Shown: positions 1 to 12,180, numbered from the stretch's first letter. The stretch: 64,000 nucleotides of DNA from Paraspadella gotoi (GCA_051294375.1 CM119264.1:29887693-29951692), one strand, 5' to 3'. Made by a program: numbers and translations. The notes: generated by a model from the sequence alone, not told the origin.

Positions 1-413
1 CCTCCTCCTCCTCCTCCTCTTCTTCTTTCTTTTCTCCTGTGACTTTTTGACAGGAAGACGCGTGAACCCGAGTCTCCTCTCTTTCACGTGAGGATGTGAA
101 TTTTGAGGAAATATTTCTCACTAACATATTTAAAGACAAAATTTTTAATATTCCTCTGATATAACTATATCTATAACTGATGACTATATTAAATAAAATT
201 ATCCTAATTTTCTGTTGCGTAATTTCTTTGTCCTTTCGCAATGTCCTTTCAAAACCAGTTTCCCTCAGTCCTTTGTCCTCAATGTCTCCGTAAAGTTTCT
301 CCTGAGATTTTTCTTCTAATCAGTTCTATTCGTTTTTTCCTCTCTTCAACTTTGGCGGGAAAAAAGTAGAGGTTGATGGACGGAAGACTTAATTGTTCAT
401 TTGTCATTGAAAA

Positions 414-526
<113 letters not shown>

Positions 527-1777
527 TGTATCAATTTGTAATAATTTTATTGCAAACGTTGAGTCGCCTCTGGGGAAGATGGAAAATATGCTTGCTCAGG
601 ATGATTTGCTGGGAAAAACAAGCCGTTGTTACAGGGGAAAGAAAGAAAAAATAGCTTGTTTTGGAGGACAGAAAGATGACAGAGAGACTCGTTAAGGATA
701 GAGATAGTTTGTGAAAAAATTAATGGTTTGTATGAGAGGGAGAGGAAGTATAGAAAGTATAGAAAGATAGCTTGATTGGGAGGACAGAAAGATAAGAGGA
801 GAGAGAAAAGAAAATTACTGTTTCGCACGGCAATCGAGTGATGTTTGGCTTTCACAGATTCAATCAACTCCTTCTTTAATCTTTGTCTCCGCGATTCTCT
901 TTCCTTTTTATTGCATATCTAGTTTTCGTTGCCTTTTTATTATGGTCGGTCCGTCTTTCTTTTATATTTGCTCGTCATCTTTTTCGGTCAGTCCGTCTTT
1001 CGGTCAGTCCGTCTTTCTTTTATACTTGCTCGTCATCTTGTATTCTTTAGACTTTAAATCTTTGCGTCAATTAACGTTTACGTTATTTTTTTCTTTTGTA
1101 TTTTCAGTCACGTCACGTGTTCCTGTAATTGGCTCATTTAATTCAAACCCTCTCTTTCTCTCTCTCTCTGCACTGGTTTTGGTTCTCTCGTCTCTTTCTG
1201 TATCTCTCATCATTCCTCTCTATTGCTTATCTCTTTCGTCTCTTCTCTTGCGATTCTCTCATCTCCTTGTCTTCCTCTTCTGCTCCATCTCTATTCGTTA
1301 TCTATTCTTTCTCTCTCTCTCTCTCTTTCTCCGTCTCTCTCCCTTCCCCCTCGTCTCCTCTCTCTTATCTCTCTCTCAATCTCTCTCTCTCGTTCTCTCG
1401 TCTTACTGCTCTCTTATCTTTTCTCGTATTTATTTCTTGCTCTTTATCTCTCCGCTCTCTCTGCCTGCTCTCGTCGGTCATCTCTCTCTGCTCTTCTCGT
1501 CTCTCTTCTTTCTCATAACGCTTATACTCAAGTTCAAAACCGTCGTTTCAGGGCCGCAGCGTCCGGGAGCAAGTCAGCGCAGGGCCGAGCGGACTTTGCT
1601 CCCTGAGCCGTTTTCGACTAACTTCGCATCGGCTCTTCTTACTATTTCGCCTCTTTATTCCTACTTTTCCTTCTCCTTAATCCTCGAGGCACGGATCCTT
1701 TTGCCATGCCTTTGACTGCAAAGTCGATGCCGGTCTTGTTAGCCGTCAGTTGTGTATAACTATGTACTCTTTTCTCT

Positions 1778-1860
1778 CTGCTCGTTACCGTTTTGCTTCG
1801 TCAACCGCCGAATATTTCCTCTTCTTCTCTGCCGATCCGAAGGGGTTCGATATATGGGTT
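1778..1860 (-). CDS. Possible exon of an unidentified minus-strand gene (..ISNPFGSAEKKRKYSAVDEAK..)
   Basis: GC-rich island with an open frame ending at a donor-like cg|gtaacg. No family recognised. Confidence 0.2.
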
Positions 1861-2796
1861 CGGGAGCTTCTTTTTTGATATAAATATTAATAATATATAA
1901 TAATAATAATAATAATAATTATATATGATTAATATTAGATTATTGTAGGGTTATTTCACTATGTAGAAAGAAAAGACAAGAAAAAGGAATAAGAAGAAAA
2001 GAAAAAGACGAAAGAAAGAAGAAAAACGACGAGAAAGAAAGAAAGAAAAAAGAAATGAAAAAAAATATGGTTATAAAATTAATTGGACAACAAAGATAAA
2101 TCAAATAGAATATAATAATAAATAATTTTAAGAATTTTGAGCTAGAAAATGAATCAATAATTACTAAAAATGATAATAAATCTAACAATTTATTGATGAT
2201 TAATTTATGGTGCTAGAAAACAATTGAAAATAATTGATAAATGTATTGAATTATTATGATGCCAAAATGACAGCATTATAAATCATAGTTATTAGAAAAG
2301 GGAGGCAACTGAACATATGAAGAGTTTATTATAATTAGTAGTAATTTGTTATTTAAAGATCGATTCAAGTGTAGAGAATGCAAAATTATAGAGCTCTACA
2401 AAGTGTGTATAATACTGTTATATTTTTTAAAGTGCATAGCGAAATTTGTTGAGAACTTAAGAGAAGAGAATTTTTGATTTGAATAGGTTTCTAGTTTGCA
2501 CGCTGGAGAATGTAGCTAGACACTTCCTTAAAAGCCAGAGAGGCGAATTGGACTAAAAATATATACCATTTAATAGAAAAAAGGAAATAAGAGAAATACT
2601 TGAGAGTGTGATAGGCAAAGAGAAGTAAGAAGAGGAGAGAGAGAGAGATAGAGATCCGGCCGCGGTCGATCCGCTCGGATCTGGTTCTCGACCGAAGAAA
2701 CAGCCCCTGGGCGACTCCAACCAATCGAGAGAGGGAGAAAATGCGCGTCTTCTTCGCTCTGAGGCTTCGTGAGCGGATAGAAGCCCGGAAGGAGAA

Positions 2797-2871
2797 GTGA
2801 AGTCGCTCGGACAGTTTCCGCGGCGCCGCTTTGCTGTTCGGTGTGATCGTGTCTTGCGTCGCGGGGAGATG
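2797..2871 (+). CDS. Putative signal-peptide exon of the Asn/Ala-repeat proprotein (..RGAALLFGVIVSCVAG..)
   Basis: Hydrophobic stretch at 2822-2866 followed by donor-like g(c)tgagt. Start codon and frame need indel correction. Confidence 0.4.
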
Positions 2872-3252
2872 CTGAGTCATAATGACTCCTCTTTTTTCTT
2901 CTCTCTCTCCTGGCTCTTCTCTCTCTCTCTCTTCTTCTCTTCTCTCTTCCTCTTCTCTCTTCTCTCTCTCTCTCTCCTCTCTTCTCTCCTTCCCACTGTC
3001 GGTCTCCCTCATCTATTCTCTCCAATTAAAATCTCTCTCTCTCTATCATCTTCCTCTTTCTCTTCTCTCTTCATCATCTGTTTCTCTTCTACATTTCTTT
3101 CTCCTCATCTCTCCTTCTCTCTCTGTTTTCTCTCTCTTAGCTCTTTTCGATTATCGTCTTGCCTAGTCGATCTCTCGTTCTCCTCTCTTTTACTTGTTGC
3201 GCCTGCTCTTCTTCTCTCGTGTCTCCTCCGCCTCTCACTCTCTCACCCACAG

Positions 3253-3351
3253 GCAATGAAAGTCACGCAAAAAGTGCGAAAAAAGTTTCTCTTTTTTCTT
3301 CATAAATAATTCAGCGATGACCGAAGATCTGAAGACTCATCGTTGATCGCG
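3253..3351 (+). CDS. Two putative micro-exons (3253-3273 GNESHAK; 3315-3351 TMTEDLKTHRDR) of the same proprotein
   Basis: ccacag| acceptor, a 41-nt GT..ttcAG intron and a g|gtttgg donor. The second exon needs removal of 1 nt; its cat-cgt-gat-cgc then mirrors cat-cgt-gac-cgc in the next exon. Confidence 0.35.
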
Positions 3352-3517
3352 GTTTGGGTCGGTCGGTCGGTCCCTTGGTCGGTCAGACGGTCGGTTTTGT
3401 CCGTCAGTCTGTCCCACTTATGTTAAAAACTCAACTTCATCAATTTAGTTCATATTCGAAAGGAAGTCAGTCCAGATGTCTGTTGTCCTGCTCTCTCTCT
3501 GTCCGTCCATTTGTCAG

Positions 3518-3670
3518 GATTCCATCGTGACCGCCGCGCCGTGAGTGACGTGAGTGACGTGACCCCGAAGCAGAATTCCAAAGACATCGCCGCCTTAACC
3601 TCGTCGATGCCGCTAATGCCATCAATGCTGTAAATGCTTTTACTCCCGTCAATGCTGTTGATGCCATCAC
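3518..3670 (+). CDS. 5' part of the terminal exon of the proprotein: GFHRDRR AVSDVSDVTPEAEFQRHRR LNLVDAANAINAVNAFTPVNAVDAI
   Basis: Polypyrimidine tract plus tttgtcag| acceptor at 3516-3517. One C is missing in a homopolymer (~3563). Two R-x-R-R motifs precede the repeat. Confidence 0.6.
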
Positions 3671-5229
3671 GAGAGAAGAGAAAAGAGGAGAGAGGATCTG
3701 GGGGAGAGAGAGAGGAGAGGAGAGGAGAGAGGAGGAGAGAGAGAGTGAAAGTGTTCAATTTGTAAATTAATTTTTTGCAACACGTTTGAGTGCTCTGGGA
3801 ATGGAAAATATAGCTTGCTCAGGATGTGGATTTGTGGGCGCAAAAAAACAAGCCTGTTGTTAAGGGGAAAGAAAGAAAAAAAAAATAATACGCTTGTTTG
3901 CTTGAGGCAGAAAGATGCGAGATGACTCGTTAAAGGTAGAGATAGTTTTGTGAAAAATAATGGTTTGTATATGGATGAGGGAGAGGAAGTAGTAGAAGTT
4001 TATTAGAAGAGATAGCTTGATTTGGTGAGGACAGAAAAGATAGAGGATGAGAGAAAGAAAATTACTGTTTTCCGCCGGAATCAAGTGTATGTTTGGCTCT
4101 CTTTCACAGATTCATAATCTAACTCCTTCTATTATATCCTTTGTCTCGCGTTATTTCTTTTATTGTATAGTTTTCGTTGCCTTTTTATTTATGGTCGGTC
4201 CGCAGTCTTTCTTATTTCTATATTGCTCGTTCAATCTTTTTTACGTGTCGTCCGTTCTTCCGGTCATGGTCCGTCTTTTTTTATATTTGTGTCATTTGTA
4301 TTCTTTAGCTTTTTAAATCTTTTACATGGTCCATTCGGTTCGTTATTTCATTTTGTATTTTCAGTCGTCACGTGTCCTGTAATTGGCTCATTTAAATTTT
4401 TTCAACCCTCTTTCTCTCTTCTCTCTCATTTCTCTCTCTCTTTCTTCTCTTCCCTCTCTCTTTTCTTAGTCTTCTCTCTCTCTCTCCTCTTCCTCTTTCT
4501 GCTCTCTCTTTTCTCTTCTTCTCTTTCCTCTTTCTCTCTTCTCTCTCTTCTCTCCTCTCTTTCTTCCTTCCCACTCGGGTCTCCCTCTTATCATTCTTCC
4601 AATTAAAATCTCTCTTCTCTCTTCTCTCTATCTTCTTCTCTCCTCTTTCTCTTCTCTCTCTCTCTCTTCTTTCTTCTCTCTCTTCCTCTCTTCTTCTTTT
4701 TCTTCTCTCCTCTCTTTTCTTTTCTCATCTCTTCTCATCTCTCTCTCTTCATTTCCCTCGTCTCCCCTTCTCTATTCTCTCCAATTTTCTTTCTTCTCTC
4801 CTTTCTCTATCTCTTCTCCTCTTTTTCTCTCTTCTCTTTTCTCTCTTCTCTTCTTTTTACTTCTCTCTCTTTTTGCCTCTCATGAAGTCACGCAAAAAGT
4901 GATGAAAAAAAGTTTCTTTTTTTATCTTCATAAATTATTCTGCGTATGCCGTGAGATTGAACAAGGAACCTATCGTTGATCGTGCGGTTTGGGTGTCGTC
5001 CTGGTTGGCGATCTCGGTCCCGTTATTGTCGTCCAGTCTGTCCCTTATGTTTAAAAACTCCCAATTCATCAATTTAGTTTCATATTCGACGGAGTCGTTC
5101 CTTTCCCAGATGTGTGTCTGCCTCTATGTCTGTCGTATTTTGTCAGGATTTCCCATTCCGTGACCGCGGGCCGCGGTGAGGCTTGGAGTGAGCGTGACGC
5201 GAGCAGGAATTCCAAAGACTTCGCGCTTT

Positions 5230-5943
5230 AACCTCTCCCCCCCACGATGGCCCCGCTAATTGCTCCCAATTGATGTAAATTGCTTTTATCCGTTCCCCCA
5301 ATTGCTGTTGATGCATCAATGCTGTAATGCTATTTATTCCGCGGAAATGCCGTCGATGCCATTAATGCGTTAATGCTTTTACTTCCGTCAATGACAGTGA
5401 GCATCATCCTGTAATTGCTCTGTTATCCCCGGAAATGCGTCCGATGCATTAATGCCGTAATGCTTTTACTCCGGTAATGCAGTTAGAGCCATCATGCTTG
5501 TAATGGCTTTATCCCGGATATGCGTCGATGCATTTATGCGTAATGCTTTTACTCTTCCCCCATGTGTTGATGCGTATCCAATGTGTAATGATTTCCCCCG
5601 GAATGCCGTCGATNNNNNNNNNNNNNNNNNNNNNNNNNGTCGATGCCATTAATGCCGTAAATGCTTTTACTCCCGTCATTGCAGTTGAAGCCATCAATGC
5701 CGTAAATGCTTTTACTCCGTCAATGCAGTTGAAGCCATCAATGCTGTAAATGCTTTTACTCCCGGAAATGCCGTCGATGCCATTAATGCCGTAAATGCTT
5801 TTACTCCTGTCAATGCAGTTGAAGCCATCAATGCACTATACGAAGCCAACGCTGCCACTAATAGATTCTACTCGTTCGCTCCTGACCGCTTCCGCCAGCT
5901 TCCGCAGTTGCTCGCCCGCTTCTTCGTCAGCCTCCTCCGTTGA
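5230..5943 (+). CDS. Repeat-bearing terminal exon: (V[D/E]AINAVNAFTP[V/G]NA)n then LYEANAATNRFYSFAPDRFRQLPQLLARFFVSLLR*
   Basis: 45-nt tandem unit whose differences fall mostly at third codon positions in this frame (gtc/gtt, att/atc, gcc/gct/gca, ccc/cct). Clean tail to TGA at 5941-5943. The region 5230-5613 is noisy and there is an N-gap. Confidence 0.65.
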
Positions 5944-6093
5944 AGAAATACAGAGAGAGAGGAAAGAGAGAGAGAGAGGACGAGAGACCGAGGAGAGAGA
6001 AGAGAGAGAGGGTGAGGAGAGGGAGTGAGAGAGAGAGAAGAGAGAGTGAGGGAGAGAAGGGAGAGAGAGAGAGAGAGAGAGAGAAGAGGAGAG

Positions 6094-6140
<47 letters not shown>

Positions 6141-6271
6141 GATTTGATTTGATTTGATTATTATGCTCAAATGTGAAAATTTTAACACAGTAACAATGCA
6201 ATTGTTAATGAGCTGTACATATATATGTATGTACACATTAATTAAAGAAATGTAAATAAATTAGCAAAGAG

Positions 6272-6319
<48 letters not shown>

Positions 6320-6912
6320 AGTGCTCGCGTGCCCACAGGTCTCGCTTGCTTGCTTTGTCTTCTGAGCTTTCAAGGTTTTCTTAAAAAGTTTTCAGCCCAG
6401 GATTAATTGACGGCTTTAAAAATGTGAAGAGGCTAAACCGACACGAGATGTGAAAAAAAATTCACGTGAATGGTGATTAAATGTCGCTATCGAGATTCGG
6501 TGAATTTCCTTTGCTTGTTTACTACGGAGGCAAAATGGAAAGAAAGAAAGAAAAGAAAGAAAAGAAAAGAAAGAAAGAAAAGAAAGACAAGAAAAGAAAA
6601 GAGAAAGAAAGAAAGACAGAAGAACAGACAGCGGAGTACAAATGAAGGCTGTAAGATCAAGGACGTCCGAAGGTCAACAATTTACGGATTAAATCTTTTA
6701 AGAAATGTAAAACATTTTTAAGACAAACTGCATTATTTCAAAATTAAAAAAAAAATTCTTTCTGAAAGTAATACACTTGTACAACATTGGCAATCACTCT
6801 TAAACGCGGAAAATCGATGCTGACGTAAGGAAAGATAAGAGAGAATTCAAAAGTAAAGGCTGGTTTTTGCGCATAAGCATGGATTATCAGAGAGAGAGAT
6901 AGAAGAGAGATT

Positions 6913-6951
<39 letters not shown>

Positions 6952-6969
6952 CAGAGAGAGAGGAGAGAG

Positions 6970-7002
<33 letters not shown>

Positions 7003-7341
7003 AAGAGAGAGAGGAAACAAAAGCGAAATCATAAGCCGGAACGTCGTTTCGTCAGAAAAAAAAACAAAAACAAAAAAAGAAACTCCTTAAAAATCGATTT
7101 GCTTAAAAAGGTTCTCATTAAGCGGCGGATTAGTCCTTAGTCATTTCTTTTACTTCTTTGTTGACTTTTTTTACGTCGTTATGGTTTAAGTGAGATTAAA
7201 TAGATGTCCTTCTTGCTTGATTTTGTTTTCTGTTTTTTCGATTTCTTTTTTGTTTTGTTTGTTTTTTTTGTTTTTTTTTATCTGCGTCCATTATTTCGCT
7301 TCGCTGATTGTCAACCACATAAACGGAGACATCTGTAACTG

Positions 7342-7695
7342 TTTTAGTTGCCCTCGAGTACTCGCGGAGCAACACTATAAGTCACTTTTACGGTTTCCTC
7401 CGTCGGTATGTCTGTCTGTCGGTCTGTCCCTCTTACGTTAAAAATGCATATAATTTGCCTAAAGTTGGACAGAAAAAAACCTCAAATATAAGGGACTGCT
7501 AGAGCCACCTTCAGGAATTCCTAAAACTATAAAGAATAAAATACAGAATTTTGATGCAGTGCATATCATAAATACATGGGCAAAAAATTTTTTTTGTCAT
7601 GTATAGTCATGTCATATCATATCATGTGATAAAAAGGAAATACACGTAAAAATAAAGTCACTGTGGCGCAACACATTGGAATCACCGTTCTTGTT
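7342..7695 (+). mobile_element. DINE-1/HINE-like non-autonomous element (Helentron-associated)
   Basis: 5' tttagttgc..gagcaac hairpin/subTIR, (GTCY)n-like microsatellite, 3' subTIR ggcgcaac (7665-7672), ends gttcttgtt in T-rich context. Several copies in the window. Confidence 0.7.
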
Positions 7696-8246
7696 AGTAA
7701 AAGTATTTCCATATCATTATGTAAAATATTTTTATTGCTATTTTATTTTTTTGGTAGAGTTAAAAATAAAAATAAAACCAATGAAAATTCAAAGTTTTTT
7801 TTGCAATTTTAATTTAAATCAAATTTGTAAATTCAATTTTAAATTTTTCCATTATAAAACAAGATTGTGCTCACTGGAATGTAATAATTGCGTATCGTAT
7901 AATTTTTTTTAAAAATATTATTATTTCGCAATCGTTAATTCGACGCAGATTTCTGTAAAATTTGGAGAAAATCGAATTTTGTAATTATTATCATTCAATA
8001 AAACGAATTTTAGTCGATTTTCATTTGATTCCATTTTTAACGAGATTTCGATTCCACGCGAAAAAAAAAAACTCGCAAAGAAGTGAAGCAGAAAGGAGAC
8101 ATTGATTCCAAGACCACCTGAGATTCTTGGCGTCGTCATTGCAAGCGACACTGTTGGGTTTTCAAAAGTGACGCTTTGGAATTAATTGTGATGGAAAGGA
8201 AAGGAAAGGCAACTTAAAAATGAAAGGTTTTCTCTCATTTGTGGCG

Positions 8247-8313
<67 letters not shown>
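8247..8313. repeat. (GAT)n microsatellite
   Basis: Read directly. Confidence 0.95.
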
Positions 8314-8315
<2 letters not shown>

Positions 8316-8491
8316 GTTTTGTCTCACTTGAATCTAAATTAATTGGTTGCGTTCTTGATTAGAAGGTCTTGCTTTTGTAAGGTTAATGATTTTTATGCAT
8401 GACTTGTATAAAAGCCAAGAGATAATAATCTTAATAATCTGGGAGTGAATAAATTCGACTGTGAGAGTGTCTTGATTGAAAGCTTGCTATG

Positions 8492-8770
8492 TCATTATCT
8501 TGTAAGAGTGATGGAGGCTTTAAATCACCAAAGCCTGTCCAAAGTCGGGGGCAAGATAGCTTTTTTATTAAATGAAAGAATAATTTTTATATTGGTTGTA
8601 CCAATTTCATACATAAATCAATTTAAAGTAACGTTATTTCGTTAAACATTATGAAATTGGTACAACCAATATAAAAAGTTATCCATTCATTTAATAAATA
8701 AGCTATCTTGCCCCTGACTTTGGACAGGCTTTGGTGGTTTAAGGCCTCCATCACTCTTACAAGATAATGA
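8492..8770. repeat. ~120-bp inverted repeat (8492-8611 / 8650-8770), MITE-like; inner arm sequence also dispersed at 22351-22431, 24071-24150 and ~59975-60020
   Basis: tcattatcttgtaagagtgatggagg...ccaatttcata is the near-perfect reverse complement of tatgaaattgg...cttacaagataatga. TATG lies on both outer flanks. Confidence 0.85.
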
Positions 8771-8949
8771 TATGTATTTTATAGGAAAAAATCGCCGAGT
8801 GACCACGATGATGAATAGTGAAGAATGAAGAGCCCAATTGAATATATTATTGGGCATCGGATATTGAACTATGGGGTCATTGGACATCGGACGCTGAACA
8901 GAGGACACGCAAATCCCCCCCCCCCGATTTTTCGACGCCATCCGACGGA

Positions 8950-9786
8950 TTTATTGCTCGCTGAAGGGGAACAACATCGAGGCGCCATGGCTGAGTCGAT
9001 GAAGACTAGAGGGCGTCCGTGGCAGCGTCAGCGGCGGCGTCAGCGGCGGCGTCAGCGGCGGCGTCAGCGGTGGCGTCAGCGGCGGCGTCAGCGGCGGCGT
9101 CAGCGGCGGCGTCAGCGGCGGCGTCAGCGGTGGCGTCAGCGGCGGCGTCAGCGGCGGCGTCAGCGGCGGCGTCAGCGGCGTTGGGGATGGAGTGATGGCA
9201 TGAGGTTACGGCGTTGGTTGATGTGGCTGGGGTTATGGCATTAGGTGATGTCGTTGGTTGATGTGGCTGGGGTGATGGCATGAGGTGATGGCGTTGGTTG
9301 ATGTGGCCGAAGTGATGGGGTAGGGTGGTGAGCTTAAATGATGAGGTTGGGTTGATAGGGTTTGAAGTGACGGAACTGATTGATGGAGTAGGAGTGATGG
9401 GGCTGAGTGATTGAGTTAAGTGATGGGGAAACTTCAAGACTTGATGAGGTAATCAACGCATTCGTTGTGTGAGGCAATGAGGCAAAGCCAATCACCGATA
9501 TTTGAATCGTTAATGGGTGACAGGTGTTGCGAGATAATCCGATGGCAAAAAAGCCCATTTGGTCATGGGTATTTGAATGTAATGGGGTCGTGTGTGATGT
9601 AGTCAGGATGTAGTAAAGTGATGGGGTGATTCTGTTATCATGTATGCGTGGGTCATAGCTGATGACCTTGTGAGAGGGTCGCTGGACGGAGATTGCAAAA
9701 AGGCGTAACTGGTCATTTTGAATTGAATACCGAATCGCTAATGGTAATGACGATATTGATGAGGGAACGTGAAGGGGCGAATCCAT
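8950..9786 (-). CDS. Possible Ser/Thr/Pro-rich (mucin-like) coding exon ending in (TPPL)n
   Basis: Overlapping minus ORFs 9334-9786 and 9006-9437 are S/T/P-rich. The 12-mer variant is synonymous (ccg>cca) in the TPPL frame. Several frameshifts are needed. Confidence 0.25.
9023..9180. repeat. 12-bp tandem repeat (gcggcgtcagcg), about 13 copies
   Basis: Read directly; two units carry a C>T variant. Confidence 0.95.
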
Positions 9787-11964
9787 TTCGCGCTTAGTGG
9801 GTAGCGGAGAGCCTCTTTCACGCTCCTCGGGTTTTGATTAGCGATTTTCGCGTCGTTTTCGTTTTGTTTTTTTTTTTTGGACACATTTTATGTGAAGTTT
9901 TTACGACTCGCGCCGTCGTAAATCCGAAAACTGGCGGGGGGGGNNNNNNNNNNNNNNNNNNNNNNNNNNNNNNNNNNNNNNNNNNNNNNNNNNNNNNNNN
10001 NNNNNNNNNNNNNNNNNNNNNNNNNNNNNNNNNNNNNNNNNNNNNNNNNNNNNNNNNNNNNNNNNNNNNNNNNNNNNNNNNNNNNNNNNNNNNNNNNNNN
10101 NNNNNNNNNNNNNNNNNNNNNNNNNNNNNNNNNNNNNNNNNNNNNNNNNNNNNNNNNNNNNNNNNNNNNNNNNNNNNNNNNNNNNNNNNNNNNNNNNNNN
10201 NNNNNNNNNNNNNNNNNNNNNNNNNNNNNNNNNNNNNNNNNNNNNNNNNNNNNNNNNNNNNNNNNNNNNNNNNNNNNNNNNNNNNNNNNNNNNNNNNNNN
10301 NNNNNNNNNNNNNNNNNNNNNNNNNNNNNNNNNNNNNNNNNNNNNNNNNNNNNNNNNNNNNNNNNNNNNNNNNNNNNNNNGAGTTTGATCGAGAAAGAGT
10401 AATTCCTACCGCCGACTCGAAAAAGAAATGTTTTGCTTCAAGAGGGAAGGCCAACAGGCTACAAGCCAATGGGCCAACAGACCAGGGGCCAATGAGCCAA
10501 AAGGCCAAAGGGCCAAAAAGGCAAGAGGCGATGGGCCTGGCAGTCGTCCGTTAAATGAAAGGTTAACGACTCAACGAAGAGGAAGCAAACGACAATGACG
10601 TCGATGACGACGACCACAATGACGACCATGATGACTTTAACGACGACGACGATGACGATGACGACCACGATGANNNNNNNNNNNNNNNNNNNNNNNNNNN
10701 NNNNNNNNNNNNNNNNNNNNNNNNNNNNNNNNNNNNNNNNNNNNNNNNNNNNNNNNNNNNNNNNNNNNNNNNNNNNNNNNNNNNNNNNNNNNNNNNNNNN
10801 NNNNNNNNNNNNNNNNNCGACGACGACGACGATGAAGATGACGACGACGATGATGACGACGACAACGACGATGACAGGGGCGTGAGTCTGTCAGGGATGG
10901 AAATTAAGGAAATCCTCTTGTCCTCTGGGATCGAGTAATGAGTATTTTAAGACTCGACTTGTCAGTTGGAAAAGTTGCGTTTCTTGTCAAATCTGATAGT
11001 CATGTTTGTTAAACTTTGTTTTAAACGAAAGTTTTTCGAAATCCCCTCAAAGTGAGAACATTAAGTAAAAATTGAATGTTAATTATTTAAAATTTAATTT
11101 TTTGCTATGGTCAAAAAAGCTCGCTTTACTGTCTTTCTTTTAGAATCATAAAATATATTTTTTTAAGTAAAAAGATGCTTTTTCTTTAACAAAAGTTATT
11201 ACTTTAATGGAATTATAACTACTGTATATTTTCGGATTTTTCCAAATATTTTCTTGAAGACTCGAAAGTCAATGAGTCGAAACACGTCCGATTTTTATTT
11301 TAAAATATTTTGTTGTTAAAACGAAAACTTTCGTTTCTCTCTTAAATAAATAAATATTTTCTTTAAAAAATCAAGTAACCTTGAAACTTTCATATACTAT
11401 GTAGTATGTACTGTATCGACGGACTACGTACTTTATCAATTCACCGGCCTTTAATTAAACATAAAAGATGTTTGTATAATATACAAGATATATAACATCA
11501 GCGCTGACATTACAGATTTGACGTGAAGCAGACACTTCCTTCTCTGCCAATGGAATTAGCGAGAGGCAATGGCTAATTGAAATATTCCGCCACTGGAAGC
11601 GAAGTTGATTACTACTCAAGTTCACTAACAATTTCTCTCGTAATTATGAGGTTGTTCCTTCTTTACTTTAATAAAACACCAACGTTTTTTAAACATTTAT
11701 TATTATTATTGTTCAAAAGGCATGAATGGACTTTACAGCAATAATGGTATTTTTACAAGATCTAAATTAAGTAAACAAAATCTAAAATATAGAATTAGGT
11801 TCATCACAATTTTACTGAATTATAAAGTTTTTGGTTTCTGGTGAATACGATTTTTTTTTAAATTTGTATAAATTAAAATTCATCTATTCTGTCGAATTTC
11901 ACAAATATTCAAGTCATTCACAATAAAAGAAATTCATTCGTCTGTATGAATGTAATATTTGTGG

Positions 11965-12180
11965 ATAAAGCGCTAAGTGGACTCAAGACTGCGATCCTTA
12001 TCTGATGGGCCCCCTCAGCAGAAATGGAACGGGTCCTTGGCTTGGAACCAGGCTTAAATGGTTTTCCAGGCCGTCAAGGCGGTTTACGGCCGTCCTCACG
12101 CTTCCCGCAAGGTATGTACTATTGATGCTCGATCCCGGTCATGAGCTGATGACTTATTGAGACACCAGGTCAGGACTGAA
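11965..12180 (+). mobile_element. Dispersed SINE-like repeat; related copies at 51105-51332 (+) and 62353-62562 (-)
   Basis: Shared gcgctaagtgg...aacgggtcct(t/g)ggcttggaaccaggctt...gcggtttacggccgtcctcacg(c/t)ttcccgc. No Pol III head is visible. Confidence 0.6.

Noticed and set aside
3450-6201. Minus-strand readings of the 45-bp repeat (IDGSKSIY.., MASTALTGVKAFTAL..)
   Set aside because: There is an in-frame TAG at 5836, and unit variation is synonymous in the + frame, which also has the acceptor, furin sites and a clean stop.
8825-9244. Protamine-like (QRRR)n ORF
   Set aside because: It is one reading of a 12-bp tandem repeat; the variant is non-synonymous (R>W) in this frame and there is no other support.
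12075-12115. HDV-like ribozyme around ccgtcctcacg in the SINE-like repeat
   Set aside because: I could not form P3/P1 pairings around the putative L3.
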